NCBI RefSeq assembly: GCF_001194135.2
Contig: NC_068982.1
Coordinates: 58,711,976-58,775,975 of the forward strand
Origin: Octopus bimaculoides
Lineage: Eukaryota
Reading direction: 5' to 3'
DNA length: 64,000 nt
The position numbers and the translations under genes are program-made. Positions 62,665 to 64,000 of the stretch are shown here, piece by piece. The notes under the pieces were generated by a model that did no database searches, was not told where the DNA came from, and saw only the letters and a list, made by a program, of their open reading frames with translations. The stretch's first letter is position 1. Each line of letters starts with the position of its first letter.

Positions 62665-62849
62665 TCCCCCTTTATCTCTGTTTCTATGTATGTTCAATCT
62701 CTTCCTCCCTCTCTCTCCCTCGCTCTCTCTCCCCCTCTCTCTCTCTCTCTCTCTTTCTTCCCTTCTCTCATTATATCTATATATTCCTTTTGTGTGCATG
62801 TGTTATTACCTTCCGTTCTAAAACGTACTGTCGTCAAAACAGGTTGAAT

Positions 62850-63450
62850 ATCCAGTTAGCCGTGCCAAATCCTCAGTGCAAAACTGGTGCTTATTTCATC
62901 GATTCCGAAAGGACGAAAGGCAAAGTAGACCCTGGCGGAATTTGAACTCAAAGCAGTAAGACGGATAAACTAGTACTAAGAATTTTGCCCAATGAGCTAG
63001 CTGTTCTGCTAGCTCGCCGCCTTATTGAAGTTTCGTAATGATGTTTAGAAAAGGATAGTGAGCTAACAAAATCATTACCACCCAGACAAAATGTTTAGCG
63101 GCATTATTTCGAGATCTCTACGTTCCGAGTTCAAATTCCGCCGGGGTCGACTTTTCTCTTTCATCATCTCGAAGTCGTTAAAATAGGTATAGTACAGCAT
63201 CGGGGTCGATGTAATCGACTCGCACCTTCCTCCAAACACTCAGGCCATATGCCTAATGATGTTTGGAAAATATATTATAATGGATTGACAGAATTAAAGA
63301 GTCAGACTAAATACATTGCGGTATTCGTCCAGGCACGTTGCATTCTAAGTTCAAATCCGCCCCGGGTCAATGTTACTTTCCATACTTCTGGGAACGATAA
63401 AATAAAATACCAGAATAGGGATGGATTTAAGTAACTAATCCTTCCCGTTG
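62850..63450. mobile_element. Three SINE B copies (-, +, +)
   Basis: 62850-63022 (-), 63050-63250 (+), 63290-63450 (+). Confidence 0.8.
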
Positions 63451-63481
63451 GCAATTTCTTTTCCATATTTGGGTTTTTTTC

Positions 63482-63514
63482 TTTCCGACGAAGAGCTATG
63501 TTCGAAACATCAAA
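63482..63514 (+). ncRNA. Degenerate hammerhead ribozyme motif
   Basis: TTT-CCGACGA-A-GAGC-TAT-GTTC-GAAAC-ATC-AAA. Same layout as 52707, and the downstream GAGCGTCA..CTAATA is shared with it. Confidence 0.45.
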
Positions 63515-63686
63515 CTCTCTCTTCTCAATGAGCGTCACGCTAATACATTTCTTGTGCACGTCCTCTTCTTGTCCGTTAATTTTATTACCCGTTTTTTTTT
63601 TTTTTTACTGAATGTTTATTTGAATTGATTATTTATATACACACGCACACACACAAACTTGCACACACTTACCCGCATATATATAC

Positions 63687-63848
63687 GAGGCATAGCTGTG
63701 TGTTAAGAAGTTTGCTTCTCACCCACATGCTTCTGGGTTCAGTAACCCTGCGTGGCAACTTGGGCAAGTGTCTTCTACTATAACCTCGATCCGATCAAAC
63801 CCTTGTGAGTAGTTTTGGTAGGCAGAAATTGAAAGAAGGCCGTCGCAT
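63687..63848 (+). mobile_element. SINE family A, 5' half
   Basis: GGCATAGCTGTGTGTTAAGAAG...GGGCAAGTGTCTTCTACTAT. Confidence 0.8.
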
Positions 63849-64000
63849 GTCGTTATGAAACACGTGTAGTCGTTTTGTTATTTTAATAATTATTACTTTG
63901 TATTTTATTATAGTTCTTTTTAGTGTATTTACTTATTAAATTTTTCTATATGTGACTCTGGATTTTCATGGATGAGTTCACGAATTGTGGTTCTTTTCTC

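Noticed and set aside
35-63848. tRNA genes
   Set aside because: The tRNA-like segments with A/B boxes are SINE heads that continue into SINE bodies, and no intact cloverleaf was seen.
1-64000. CRISPR array, rRNA or telomeric repeat
   Set aside because: There is no regularly spaced repeat-spacer pattern, rRNA-like sequence or TTAGGG array.

Overview
This is eukaryotic, AT-rich, essentially non-coding DNA, most likely from a coleoid cephalopod (Octopus sp.). That call rests on recognising the tRNA-derived SINE landscape and was not confirmed by a database search. About 11 kb (~17%) is N-gap, mostly flanked by (TA)n/(TG)n microsatellites. The long ORFs in the supplied track are artefacts of Ns and microsatellites. 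I find no host protein-coding gene I can name, no RNA gene, no CRISPR array and no prokaryote-type system. What is supportable: (1) dozens of tRNA-head SINEs, which I label A, B and a shared-head group C/D/E/H (my own labels); (2) a decayed mariner transposase interrupted by a Penelope-like (PLE) GIY-YIG fragment that also occurs 1.7 kb away; (3) non-autonomous DNA transposons with diagnostic TIR/TSD signatures (piggyBac-, hAT-, Tc1/mariner- and MULE-type); (4) weak LINE relics; (5) a few weak exon candidates. The best leads are three minimal type-I hammerhead ribozyme motifs of the PLE/retrozyme kind, a 140-bp near-perfect inverted repeat in a possibly circularly permuted repeat family, a MULE-like element whose TIRs each carry an octamer plus CCAAT box, and several other dsRNA-forming inverted structures. 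These are hypotheses for follow-up, not a demonstrated new system. Coordinates were counted by hand, and SINE boundaries are approximate.
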